This document shows positions 39,808-48,930 of a stretch of 64,000 bases of DNA, piece after piece. Under the pieces are notes generated by a model that worked only from the letters and a program-made list of their open reading frames with translations, was not told the DNA's origin and did no database searches. A program made the translations under genes and the position numbers. The first letter of the stretch is position 1, and every line of letters begins with the position of its first letter. This DNA comes from Prochlorococcus sp. AG-363-A16. Lineage in GTDB: Bacteria > Cyanobacteriota > Cyanobacteriia > PCC-6307 > Cyanobiaceae. Location of the stretch: positions 10,438-74,437 of the forward strand of contig QCFB01000004.1 in NCBI GenBank assembly GCA_003280345.1, written 5' to 3'.

Positions 39808-40869
39808 ATGGCAAGGCTATTGATTACGGGAGGCGCGGGCTTCATCGGTAGCCATACTTGCGTATTACTCCTAGAAGCTGGCCATGACCTTGTAATTGTT
39901 GACTCATTTATAAACAGTTCTCCTTTAGCTATAGAGCGCGTATCAAAAATCACTGGCTTGGATACAAATGAAAAAACAAAACGATTACAAGTATTCAATC
40001 GTGACATAAGAGATTTAGAAGGTTTAAAAGAAGTTTTCAACAAAGTTGATCAAGAAGGGATGCCTATCGAAGCTGTTATCCACTTTGCTGGCCTCAAATC
40101 TGTTCGCGAATCAGTCAATAGTCCTCTGGATTATTGGGACGTCAACGTCAACGGTTCGAGATGCCTACTTTCAGCTATGGAAAAAAACAATTGCCGAACA
40201 ATTGTTTTTAGTAGTAGCGCAACTCTCTATGGATATCCTGAATCAATTCCAATCAGAGAGACTGCACAGATCAAACCCATCAATCCCTATGGACAAACAA
40301 AAGCAGCTGTTGAGAAAATGCTTGCCGACTTAGTCAACATGCAAAGAGGGTGGAAAGTTGCTTGCCTACGTTATTTTAATCCAGTTGGTGCACATCCTAG
40401 TGGTGAAATAGGCGAGGAGCCATGTGGCATTCCTAACAACCTTTTCCCATTTTTAAGCCAGATAGCTGTAGGGCGACTTCCGTCACTAAAAGTTTTTGGT
40501 GGTGATTGGCCAACTCCAGATGGAACAGGTGTACGAGACTACATACATGTAATGGATCTAGCTGAAGGACATATTGCAGCTCTTAATTCTCTTCTTAATG
40601 AAGAGCCTAGATTCCTAAAACTTAATCTAGGTAGCGGAAAAGGGCATTCTGTCCTCGAGTTAGTTGGAGCCTTTAAAAAAGCAATTGGGAAAGATATTCC
40701 TTTTGAAATAGTTGACAGACGTCCAGGTGACGTCGCGATAACAGTAGCTGATGCTTCTCAAGCGAAGAAGGCTATCGGGTGGCAAACCAATCTGTCCCTA
40801 TCTGATATTTGCAGAGATGGCTGGGCATGGCAGTGTGCCAACCCAAATGGATTTGGAGAAAAGAGTTAA
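39808..40869 (+). CDS. galE: UDP-glucose 4-epimerase
   Basis: LITGGAGFIGSH, SSSATLYG, YGQTKAAVE, RYFNPVGAHPSG, DGTGVRDYIHVMDLA. Confidence 0.92.
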   Translation: MARLLITGGAGFIGSHTCVLLLEAGHDLVIVDSFINSSPLAIERVSKITGLDTNEKTKRLQVFNRDIRDLEGLKEVFNKVDQEGMPIEAVIHFAGLKSVRESVNSPLDYWDVNVNGSRCLLSAMEKNNCRTIVFSSSATLYGYPESIPIRETAQIKPINPYGQTKAAVEKMLADLVNMQRGWKVACLRYFNPVGAHPSGEIGEEPCGIPNNLFPFLSQIAVGRLPSLKVFGGDWPTPDGTGVRDYIHVMDLAEGHIAALNSLLNEEPRFLKLNLGSGKGHSVLELVGAFKKAIGKDIPFEIVDRRPGDVAITVADASQAKKAIGWQTNLSLSDICRDGWAWQCANPNGFGEKS

Positions 40870-40871
40870 GA

Positions 40872-42875
40872 ATGAAGTTCTCAATTTTCACAGCACGAAG
40901 TGTCTTTTTGATCGCTATCTCCAACTTATTTGAAATCTCAACAGTAAATGCTCAGACTATCTGGAAACCGTTATCGGACAAAAAGCAGGATTTCCAAGAG
41001 AAATACTCAAGAACAATAAGAGAGTCAAAAGGTTTAAACAAGAAATCCAAACTTATTTCATTCGAAAGAGTGAAGTCAAATTCAAGAAGGAATCAAAGCA
41101 TTATCCCTAGAATTGTTTGGGAGAAAGCTAAAGACAAAATTCCACAAAATAGAAAAGTAATTAAGTGGGTAGCTATAAAGGATTCAGAAAATTCATCTGA
41201 TAATACTGGCCCTAAATTTAGTTCTACGGAAACAATCCTAGCTGGGGAAAAGCAAAAAGATATTTTTGAGAAACCAACAAATTTTAAAGATGCTGAGAGA
41301 CTATATAGACTTATCAAACCCAAAAAAGAAGATTTCTACCCACCTTTAAGACTAGGACCATCTTTACCAACAGCAAATCAACTACAAGAAGAAGAAATCC
41401 AACTTAAAGCATATTCAATATCAACCTTTACTAGTGGTTCAAGTGGCGGGACCGCAAATCAAAACTACGCATTGAATTTTGATTATGGCTTAACAAGAAA
41501 GCTTCAATTTTCTACTTTTTACTCTATTGCTGATGACCCTCTTTTTGCAAAAATGGATGGTTATAGCTCTCAGCCAGAAAATTACTGGGAAAGTTTAGCT
41601 GCCTCCCTAAAAATGAATCTTCTTAAAGAGAAAGTATGGAAGGTTGCCATTGAAGGATCTCTTGAAGGATGGAATGTAGGCAGTGGAGGACCAAATATAT
41701 TTAATGATTCTGGAGGTCGTGTTTTATCTCGAAATGTGATTGGCTCAATCTCAGTGCCATTTAGTTGGCAAAAGAATGAAAATTTTGAAGCGACTTTTAC
41801 TCCTGGTATAGCCTTCTTGCCCTCAACTCAAGGAAAAGGTTGGGGTGGTGCAGGTGACTTTTATGGAAACAATGTCTTTTTAGGTACAGGATTTGTATGG
41901 AAGCCTGTTAATAATTTGGGCATATTAAGCTCCGCTATTTTACCTTTTGGTCCTGGATACAATAGTTTCGACTCAAATGTAGATTTCAGTAGAAACCCAA
42001 TAATTAATTTTGGAATCAATTGGGACCTCAACCCAAGAATTGGTTTAGAGGGTTTGATCACAAATGGGTTTGGAGCAACACCATCAACTGGGATTCTCAC
42101 TATCCCATCGGATAACGCACCTTTGTATTACGCGGGCCTAAGATATACGCCCTATGCAATGGATACTCCACAAAGGGAACTTACCGATAGGGAAAATGCA
42201 CTAGCACTCGGTGGTATGACAGTAAATACTGCCTTGGTTCCCTCTGAAGGAACCACACAAATATGGGCGAATGCAGATACCTCTGGAAACATATTCGGTT
42301 ATCTAGGACATTCACTCTCAAACATACTACAACTTGATATTATCAATCTAGGCTCATTCAATAATGTTCCTACAAGAGGAGAAGAAAGAGGCGATATAGT
42401 TAATTTCTATGCCGATGATAAAGGCATAAGTACAAGGTTTGGAACCAAGTTTGTCCTTCTTAGTCCATTAAGAAATGCACCATTCTGGACTTCTGCAAGA
42501 CTCAGCTTTGGTAGAAATCAATCAGACTCTCATCAAGGCTATTTGTTTGCAGAATTAATTAACACTTGGGAAGCAACAAACTGGCTTGCAATTAATATAA
42601 ATCCCAAAATAGCCTGGAATAACATAAGCACTCCTTACGGAGTAGGACTAGGAGGTAACATCCAACTCTCAAAAAGATTCCAACTAATTCCTGAAGTAAA
42701 CCTAGTCAATGCAGTTAATGGGGATAATAATGGCACACTGGCTTTACGTTGGCTAACAAATGAAAACTTACATTTAGATCTTTATGTAAGCTCTGCTGCC
42801 GGTTTGCTTGATATCGGCCAATTTCTTGGCGCAGATGAAGCTAGATTAGGGGCAAGGTTCCACATAACATATTAA
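40872..42875 (+). CDS. Secreted beta-barrel outer-membrane protein with Lys-rich N-terminal extension
   Basis: Signal peptide MKFSIFTARSVFLIAISNLFEISTVNAQ. After about 170 aa comes a G/N/S/Y-rich alternating pattern, ending in the aromatic terminus LGARFHITY. ATG at 40872 preferred over the longer track ORF. Confidence 0.55.
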   Translation: MKFSIFTARSVFLIAISNLFEISTVNAQTIWKPLSDKKQDFQEKYSRTIRESKGLNKKSKLISFERVKSNSRRNQSIIPRIVWEKAKDKIPQNRKVIKWVAIKDSENSSDNTGPKFSSTETILAGEKQKDIFEKPTNFKDAERLYRLIKPKKEDFYPPLRLGPSLPTANQLQEEEIQLKAYSISTFTSGSSGGTANQNYALNFDYGLTRKLQFSTFYSIADDPLFAKMDGYSSQPENYWESLAASLKMNLLKEKVWKVAIEGSLEGWNVGSGGPNIFNDSGGRVLSRNVIGSISVPFSWQKNENFEATFTPGIAFLPSTQGKGWGGAGDFYGNNVFLGTGFVWKPVNNLGILSSAILPFGPGYNSFDSNVDFSRNPIINFGINWDLNPRIGLEGLITNGFGATPSTGILTIPSDNAPLYYAGLRYTPYAMDTPQRELTDRENALALGGMTVNTALVPSEGTTQIWANADTSGNIFGYLGHSLSNILQLDIINLGSFNNVPTRGEERGDIVNFYADDKGISTRFGTKFVLLSPLRNAPFWTSARLSFGRNQSDSHQGYLFAELINTWEATNWLAININPKIAWNNISTPYGVGLGGNIQLSKRFQLIPEVNLVNAVNGDNNGTLALRWLTNENLHLDLYVSSAAGLLDIGQFLGADEARLGARFHITY

Positions 42876-43186
42876 AAAAACTTTCATATTTCCATTCTAG
42901 TTATCAGAAAATAGCACTGTAGTTCTTATAGAATGATTAAATGTTAACAGAAACTAAAAACAAAAAAGATTGCTTTCTCTGTCGGCATTTTACTTTCCTA
43001 TCAATCTTACAAGTATCTTCCTAACTAAAATCAAAGGAGCAAGATAAGCTTTTGTTTTTCTTCCCCTTAATTCCCTCCTTAAAGGTGTAGGGATTCGAAC
43101 ATACCGGCCTTTTGAGTCTTTTGGATAAGAGGACATAAAGATTTCAATGAAGTTCCAATACTAGGTTTTTATAATAATCTTCTGTA

Positions 43187-43931
43187 ATGTTGGTAAAACA
43201 CAAGAAGAATTTAATTCTAGAGAATCCCAAGGCAGTTCTATTTGATACTGATAATAAGCTCAACGAGTATCGCCCAGCCAATACCGCTGCAAATGATGCT
43301 GTATATAGAAAAGCAAAAATTTACTCGGAATAGACTTAAAAGCATTTACAGAGACTCTCAATATTGCAAGAAAGGAAGTTAAAGATCGGGTTGGCAATAT
43401 AGATAGTAGCCATAGCATATTATTATATTATCAGAGGTTTTTAGAAATTCTTGGATTAAAAGCCAAATTGCTTATTGCCCTTGACCTGGAACAAATATTC
43501 TGGAGAACCTTTCTTGCCAATTCTCCGCTTTTTCCTGGAGTTCTGTGCACTTTGAATCTCTTACACCGACAAAAAATACTCATTTCTATTGTAACTGATC
43601 TTACTTCTCAAATACAATTACTTAAATTAACTTATTTTGTTTGGAAGATACATTTGATGCAGTTGTTACATCGGAAGAAGTTGGTTCGGGCAAGCCAGAT
43701 CAAAGTAACTTTGAACTTGTGCTAAAGAAATTCGGTATTTCTCAAAGAGATAATATATGGATGGTGGGAGATAGTGCAAATACAGATATTTATGGAGCCA
43801 AGCAATCTGGAGCGATAACTTTTCAGAAACTTCATAGAGGTGTACTACTTGGGGCTGGCGTTAATTGTCCCTATTATTCATTTGCTAGCTTTACTGAGTT
43901 GTATAATTTAATTTACCGACTCGCCAGTTAA
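43187..43931 (+). pseudogene. HAD-superfamily hydrolase disrupted by two frameshifts
   Basis: The parts lie in three frames. Motif I-like AVLFDTDNKLNEY is in frame 2 and ends at TAG 43331-43333. The cap and motif II (ILISIVTDLTS) are in frame 1. Motifs III/IV (SEEVGSGKPD, MVGDSANTDIYGA) are in frame 0. Confidence 0.65.
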
Positions 43932-44022
43932 ATAATCAATTTTGAATGTTTTCACTATGTACTTGATATGCCATAAGTAAAATTGTTAAATTGATTTAAC
44001 TAACTTTCGAAACTAGTGTTTC

Positions 44023-45780
44023 ATGGAAGCAAAAATTATTGATAAATATTCTCGTAAAATCTACCCATGGATTTTCCTGGCATTCTTAGCTGGCTCAATT
44101 CTGAGCATTGTGAACTTATTGAATGTCTTTTATCTCGCTAAAGGTAATGTTGAAAACTTACTTACTTGGCCAGGGTCTCAAATTTTGCCATTAATTATGT
44201 ACAAGAGAGGGATTTTGCAGCAGGATTTTCTTGTTAAAGCACTTTCAGAGACTCCTTATGTTCATACAGCAAATATTTTAGAAAAGATATTACCTATTAG
44301 TCATAGCAATCTAATTGCTAGCTTTGTCCTCCTAACAAGTTATGCTCGAGGCTTTAATAAGCTGTTAACTGTTTTAGCAGTTGGAACGACGGTAGTACTT
44401 GGGACAAAGTCATTTAAGTTAAAAACCACTAATCTATTCTCTATATTTGCCTTTCTTTTTTTTATTTACCTTATTCCTTCTGGTTTTAATTATATTAATT
44501 TAATTTTAGATGGACACCGCTTGGGTTGGTGGGGACTACCTATTTGTAAGTCTTTTTATCCGTGTGGCATCTCTAATCTATTTGGACTGCTAGCGCTATT
44601 AGGCTCGCTAATAATAGCTTGCAATTGGATAGGCTCAAAGTATAGATATAGAGTATTATTGTATTTGCCTGGAATATCTTTCTATTTAATAGCACTGTAC
44701 CTTCATCCTATCATTCCATTATTTGTCATCTTAATTTCAGCTATCATACGAATTACTTGTATTCGTACTAATAAGGTATCTAATGAGTGGAATTTATTGA
44801 TTTTATTTTATATTTTATCTTGGCTTTTGTATGCCATAGCTATTAATACTCTTTATGGATCTGCTCAGCCTATTGATGGCTTGGAGCTATTTAATATATA
44901 CGTGAGAGATAGTCATCCTTATCACTATCTTCCTTCTTACTATATAAACGAGGTCACAGTCCAAAGACTCTTGTTAAATATGTTAGTTATGCTTACTTGT
45001 GTCCTTACAGTCAGCAATATTAGACATCATAGAAGGATTGTTTACCTCTTTAGTATTAGCTCAATAACCTGTGCTTTATTTATTACTATTTGCCAATATA
45101 TTGGTGTAGAACTTCTCCATAATCAACTAATGGTTAAACTTGGAATATCTAGGCTTTCACCTTCTTACAACTTTCTTTATTTGTGTACTATAACATCAAC
45201 TATTGTTAGTATTTTTCAATATTATAGAGAAAACAAGATTATTTCTAAAATCAACTTGTGTTTTATATCGGCATTTAATTATCTTTTAATAAAAATTAAG
45301 GCTATCTTTATTATTTCTATACTGACCTTCTCGATTATTTCAGGCATTTGTTATTCAATGATTTTGAGTGGCTTTGATCAAGCTCCTAGTTTTAAGATGT
45401 CAAGAGCCATTCAAGAACTTGGGATTGATAGTAGGACAGAGTTTTTATTCTTAGGAAAAACTTCTAAGACATTTAGACTCCCTAGAGAAATTGGGCATTT
45501 AAACGTTTATACCGATTACTATTTCCCTTTCAACCCTGCTTATTTAAATGAATGGCAATCTAGGCAAGATAAATCAGTTATTCTTGAACAATGTCTTTTT
45601 CTTAATAGAGCCTCTAATGAAATTGATTCACCAGACTGCTCTTTAGTAAAAGAAATGAAGCCTGATTTGATAATTGTTAGTGATGAGTCTCTGGAAGGGA
45701 TTAATTTACTTTCAAAAATTAATATCGAAGAATCACCAGTATATTTATACGATTTAAACTCTTTAGAAAATAATCAGTAG
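44023..45780 (+). CDS. Polytopic membrane protein (>=10 TM) with C-terminal soluble domain; candidate polymerase/ligase-type enzyme, function unknown
   Basis: 585-aa ORF, visibly more AT-rich than its neighbours and very hydrophobic over about 450 aa. No catalytic motif recognised. Confidence 0.6.
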   Translation: MEAKIIDKYSRKIYPWIFLAFLAGSILSIVNLLNVFYLAKGNVENLLTWPGSQILPLIMYKRGILQQDFLVKALSETPYVHTANILEKILPISHSNLIASFVLLTSYARGFNKLLTVLAVGTTVVLGTKSFKLKTTNLFSIFAFLFFIYLIPSGFNYINLILDGHRLGWWGLPICKSFYPCGISNLFGLLALLGSLIIACNWIGSKYRYRVLLYLPGISFYLIALYLHPIIPLFVILISAIIRITCIRTNKVSNEWNLLILFYILSWLLYAIAINTLYGSAQPIDGLELFNIYVRDSHPYHYLPSYYINEVTVQRLLLNMLVMLTCVLTVSNIRHHRRIVYLFSISSITCALFITICQYIGVELLHNQLMVKLGISRLSPSYNFLYLCTITSTIVSIFQYYRENKIISKINLCFISAFNYLLIKIKAIFIISILTFSIISGICYSMILSGFDQAPSFKMSRAIQELGIDSRTEFLFLGKTSKTFRLPREIGHLNVYTDYYFPFNPAYLNEWQSRQDKSVILEQCLFLNRASNEIDSPDCSLVKEMKPDLIIVSDESLEGINLLSKINIEESPVYLYDLNSLENNQ

Positions 45781-46007
45781 CTTTTCTATTATCTTCTTAG
45801 AATATTGCTTGTTTATTCTTTTCTTAGAATGACTATGCTCTGATTAAAATGTTGAAGAAGAATCTAGTGGAAGAATATTTTTAGGTTTTCGAATAGTGTA
45901 CTCTAGTCTTTTTTTTAGTCTTATTGTTTTATGGATTCATATTGAACTCTCTAAAACAGTAGAGATGCGCTTTGCTGCTTTAAGAGATTTGCCTGAAATG
46001 CCTTTGA

Positions 46008-46390
46008 TTCCCTTTCTTTGTGTGTACGAAAAACATTCCTGACCCTTCTTTGCTTCAGTTGGATTTGCCTGATCCTGCTAAGGATGATCTCAGCATAATT
46101 GAATTTCTTGATCGCTTAGAAAAAGCTTGGGCTGTTTGTGATCGATTTGATTTGCAGACAAAAATCTGGAGGGTGGAGATTTTATGAGCTGTTAGAGATA
46201 AGAAAAAGGCGGAGGAGAAGATATATGAGCAGTATTCTTGAATTGATTGAGAGATAGAGAAATTAGTAAAACAAGAGCATATAGATTAATTCAACTGGCT
46301 GACTCGGCGGATGATCTTGTAGGTGGAGGTTTGCTTGCAGAACTTAGTGTGAATAGTGTTAGAATAAATTGCTTTTGTTATTTTCAATAA
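46008..46390 (+). pseudogene. Shattered remnant of a protein gene (in-frame TGA, second stop, then frame jump)
   Basis: ...PSLLQLDLPDPAKDDLSIIEFLDRLEKAWAVCDRFDLQTKIWRVEIL*AVRDKKKAEEKIYEQYS* lies in one frame. LRDREISKTRAYRLIQLADSADDLVGGGLLAELSVNS follows in another frame from 46247. Confidence 0.4.
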
Positions 46391-46619
46391 AAAAAGGTCA
46401 AGTCCTTAAGCAATTTTAGATTTATATGAAACTTCTGAATTTTTTATTTAGATACTCATTCCAATGAAAAAGGACAAAAAGATGGATGTGCTAATAGAAT
46501 AAACAACAACTGTTTTCAAGTGGAAAAAAGTCAAACTGTTCTGATGTCAATAAAATGTATGCCAAATGGATGCAGTTATACCATCATCAAGTAGTTCACC
46601 TAACTCGAGAAGTTAACAA

Positions 46620-47054
46620 TTGGAAACGAAAACCACAAAAAATAGCAGTGAAAAGAATGGTACTTTCCACTGCGGAAGTTCTCCCAAAAAAATTGCAATT
46701 GGTATAGCCCCCTTAGGTTTTATCTCAATTGGGATAGTGCCTATGGGAGTTTTTACTATTGGTGTGGTGCCAATGGGTGTTGTTTCACTTGGAATAGTCG
46801 CAATGGGCGTGGTTAATGCTTCTATTGTTGGTATGGGAGTTTTTTCTGCAGGATTAACAACAATGGGCATATGGGAATGGAGTCCTAATGGTCGGACTCA
46901 TAATCATCATGGACAAGCTTTTGATTCATCAAGCAACAATCTTGCCTATTCCACAAGACTAGAAGCTGAAGAAGCTGCAAAAGAAATAGGCTGTAAAGGA
47001 GTTCACAAGATGGGGCCCTTATGGATGCCATGTGAAACGCATGAGAGTAAATAA
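46620..47054 (+). CDS. Gly-repeat membrane protein with conserved Cys/His C-terminal domain (DUF3721-like by recollection)
   Basis: Six 10-aa units of the type xSIGIVPMGV, then AYSTRLEAEEAAKEIGCKGVHKMGPLWMPCETHE. Only a TTG start is available upstream of the repeats. Confidence 0.5.
   Translation: METKTTKNSSEKNGTFHCGSSPKKIAIGIAPLGFISIGIVPMGVFTIGVVPMGVVSLGIVAMGVVNASIVGMGVFSAGLTTMGIWEWSPNGRTHNHHGQAFDSSSNNLAYSTRLEAEEAAKEIGCKGVHKMGPLWMPCETHESK
46692..46871 (+). repeat. Tandem ~30-nt (10-codon, internally 5-codon) coding repeat
   Basis: IAIGIAPLGF ISIGIVPMGV FTIGVVPMGV VSLGIVAMGV VNASIVGMGV FSAGLTTMGI. The repeat keeps the antisense frame open as well (ORF 46613-46870). Confidence 0.6.
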
Positions 47055-47153
47055 AAAAAACTATTAATAACCAACAAAGATTTGAAGAGTTGTCAGAACA
47101 TAAACATTACATTCATTAAATGCTAATAACTCAAAAAAATTATTTAAACAAAC

Positions 47154-47405
47154 TTATAACGAACTTTCAACTTGCCCATTAGTTTCCTGAAGGTTTTTAT
47201 TTCCACCATTGCAATATCGAACCCTCTCATCAAGAGGAATATCTTTCCATGTCCAAAAAACTGCATAATCAGACCATGTAGTTAGGATGCAACCCAACTT
47301 CAAAGTCTCATTAACTGCGGATGGAACTTGGGTAAGAGTCAAAAGAAGTAAAGCAATCCAAGTTAAAGAATCTCGAATTTCAAATTTCAAGCCTTTAAAA
47401 AGCAT
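47154..47405 (-). CDS. Hypothetical small secreted/anchored protein
   Basis: 83-aa ATG ORF with a signal-like segment WIALLLLTLTQVPSA. Confidence 0.35.
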   Translation of the reverse strand: MLFKGLKFEIRDSLTWIALLLLTLTQVPSAVNETLKLGCILTTWSDYAVFWTWKDIPLDERVRYCNGGNKNLQETNGQVESSL

Positions 47406-47872
47406 TAGTTAGAAAGTTAAAGATATCTACCAGTTAAACGCTTAAAAAGCCTCAAAGCACATTCGATTAGGCATCTATAACTTTTCTTGGCCATAACCCA
47501 AGGCGTTAAAAATCCTCAATCTATGCAAGACAACCCATTAGTTTGATAGGTACACGAATCTTCCAAGAGTCGAAATTCTAGGTTTAGTGTCTGTCTGCAA
47601 AGAAATTCTGCGCAAAGCGCATACAGAAGAAATTTTCCTTGCTCAATCCATTCCACACAGAGAGCGCAAAGAAGGTGAAATCAAGGAATCTTCAATCAAA
47701 TAGCGTTTGCTCACTGAGATTTGCGAGATGGAAATCAACTTCAAAGAAACAAGCATGCACGAACCAATTCAAGATGACTTCCTAAAGAAAATATTTAATA
47801 GAAAAAAAACATGAATTCAGTACTCTTCATTACACATGAAGAATAAGCAGATATTCGCTCTAAGTTGAACAA

Positions 47873-48820
47873 ATGAAGGAGGTCAGAATCTTGAATTCAT
47901 TAAACAGCTTTCTTGGCGAGATAGGACGACATCAACTCCTGACTCCTGAACAAGAACTTCTCATGGGCAGAAAAGTCCAAGCAATGGTTGCAATTACACA
48001 ACGTTGTCATCTAGCAGGTGGTAATGGTCCAGAATGCGACTATACAGATAGCGAAAAAAAGACAATACGTTTAGGTGAAAGAGCAAAGAATCAAATGATA
48101 ACTGCAAATCTTCGACTAGTTGTCAATTTAGCCAAGCGTTATCAAGGGAAAGGCCTCGAACTACTCGATCTAATTCAAGAAGGAACTCTTGGCCTAACCA
48201 GGGCTGTTGAAAAGTACGACCCAACGCGAGGACATCGTTTTTCAACATATGCATATTGGTGGATTAGGCAAGGACTTAATAGAGCTCTTTCTACACAAAG
48301 CCGGACAATAAGAATACCTGTAAATGTCAATGAAAAATTGACAAAATTAAGGGCTGCGAAATCACAATTAATGCAAGAGAATGGCTTACTGCCCTCATCA
48401 GAAGAGCTTTCTAAAAGAATGAATATATCCTTAGCAGAAGTAGATGAACTTCTTGAATGTGAAGTTAGAAGTATTACTGTGAGTCTTCAAGGAGTTATCA
48501 AGTCAAAATCTGATCCTTCCGAACTTGTAGATATTCTGCCAAGCAATGAGACCCCACCCATGGAGCTTGTTGAGCTTGCTGAACGTAGTGATTCAGTCAG
48601 AACTCTACTTAATCAGGCAAATCTAACTCCAAAAGAAAGAACTATAGTTATTCTTAGATTTGGGCTTGATGGAACAAATGAATGGAGAACTTTGGCTGAA
48701 GTAGCACGTCAAATGAGTTGTAGTCGAGAATACTGTCGTCAAGTTGTTCAACGTGCTCTTCGGAAACTTCGCAAAACAGGTATTCAAAATGGACTTGTTG
48801 AAAGTAGCCCTAATAACTAG
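47873..48820 (+). CDS. RNA polymerase sigma-70 family factor (group 2-like)
   Basis: Region 2 LVVNLAKRYQGKGLELLDLIQEGTLGLTRAVEKYDPTRGHRFSTYAYWWIRQ, region 3, and a region 4 HTH (TLAEVARQMSCSREYCRQV). Confidence 0.9.
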   Translation: MKEVRILNSLNSFLGEIGRHQLLTPEQELLMGRKVQAMVAITQRCHLAGGNGPECDYTDSEKKTIRLGERAKNQMITANLRLVVNLAKRYQGKGLELLDLIQEGTLGLTRAVEKYDPTRGHRFSTYAYWWIRQGLNRALSTQSRTIRIPVNVNEKLTKLRAAKSQLMQENGLLPSSEELSKRMNISLAEVDELLECEVRSITVSLQGVIKSKSDPSELVDILPSNETPPMELVELAERSDSVRTLLNQANLTPKERTIVILRFGLDGTNEWRTLAEVARQMSCSREYCRQVVQRALRKLRKTGIQNGLVESSPNN

Positions 48821-48930
48821 GTTGATAGGTGTAAAAATTTTACCCACTTCAAAAGTATTTACAGTCTTCCTAGAAACTCCTAACAACAAGCAAGAATAGT
48901 AATCAAAGGTCTACAAAGGTTCTAAACCCT

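Noticed and set aside
43087-43106. gggattcgaac, reminiscent of a tRNA T-arm/3' end on the minus strand (possible att remnant)
   Set aside because: The flanking bases do not form a T-stem, an acceptor stem or an anticodon arm. The nearby cttttg...cttttgg is a direct repeat, not an inverted one. It has no similarity to the 3' end of the tRNA-Leu in this window.
42990-43136. 48-codon very basic minus-strand ORF (MSSYPKDSKGRYVRIPTPLRRELRGRKTKAYL...)
   Set aside because: It is too short, with no motif or terminator, and lies in the decay zone. It may be a fragment of a lost gene, but I cannot support that.
46613-46870. 85-codon minus-strand ORF with repeated TPI units
   Set aside because: It is the mirror image of the Gly-repeat coding region. 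The + strand ORF continues into a conserved-looking Cys/His domain, so the + strand is preferred.
47406-47872. 28-codon upstream ORF and a 7-bp hairpin (tcttcat/atgaaga, 47824-47842) in the long leader of the sigma-factor gene
   Set aside because: Both are short enough to arise by chance in AT-rich DNA, and there is no supporting conservation or motif evidence.
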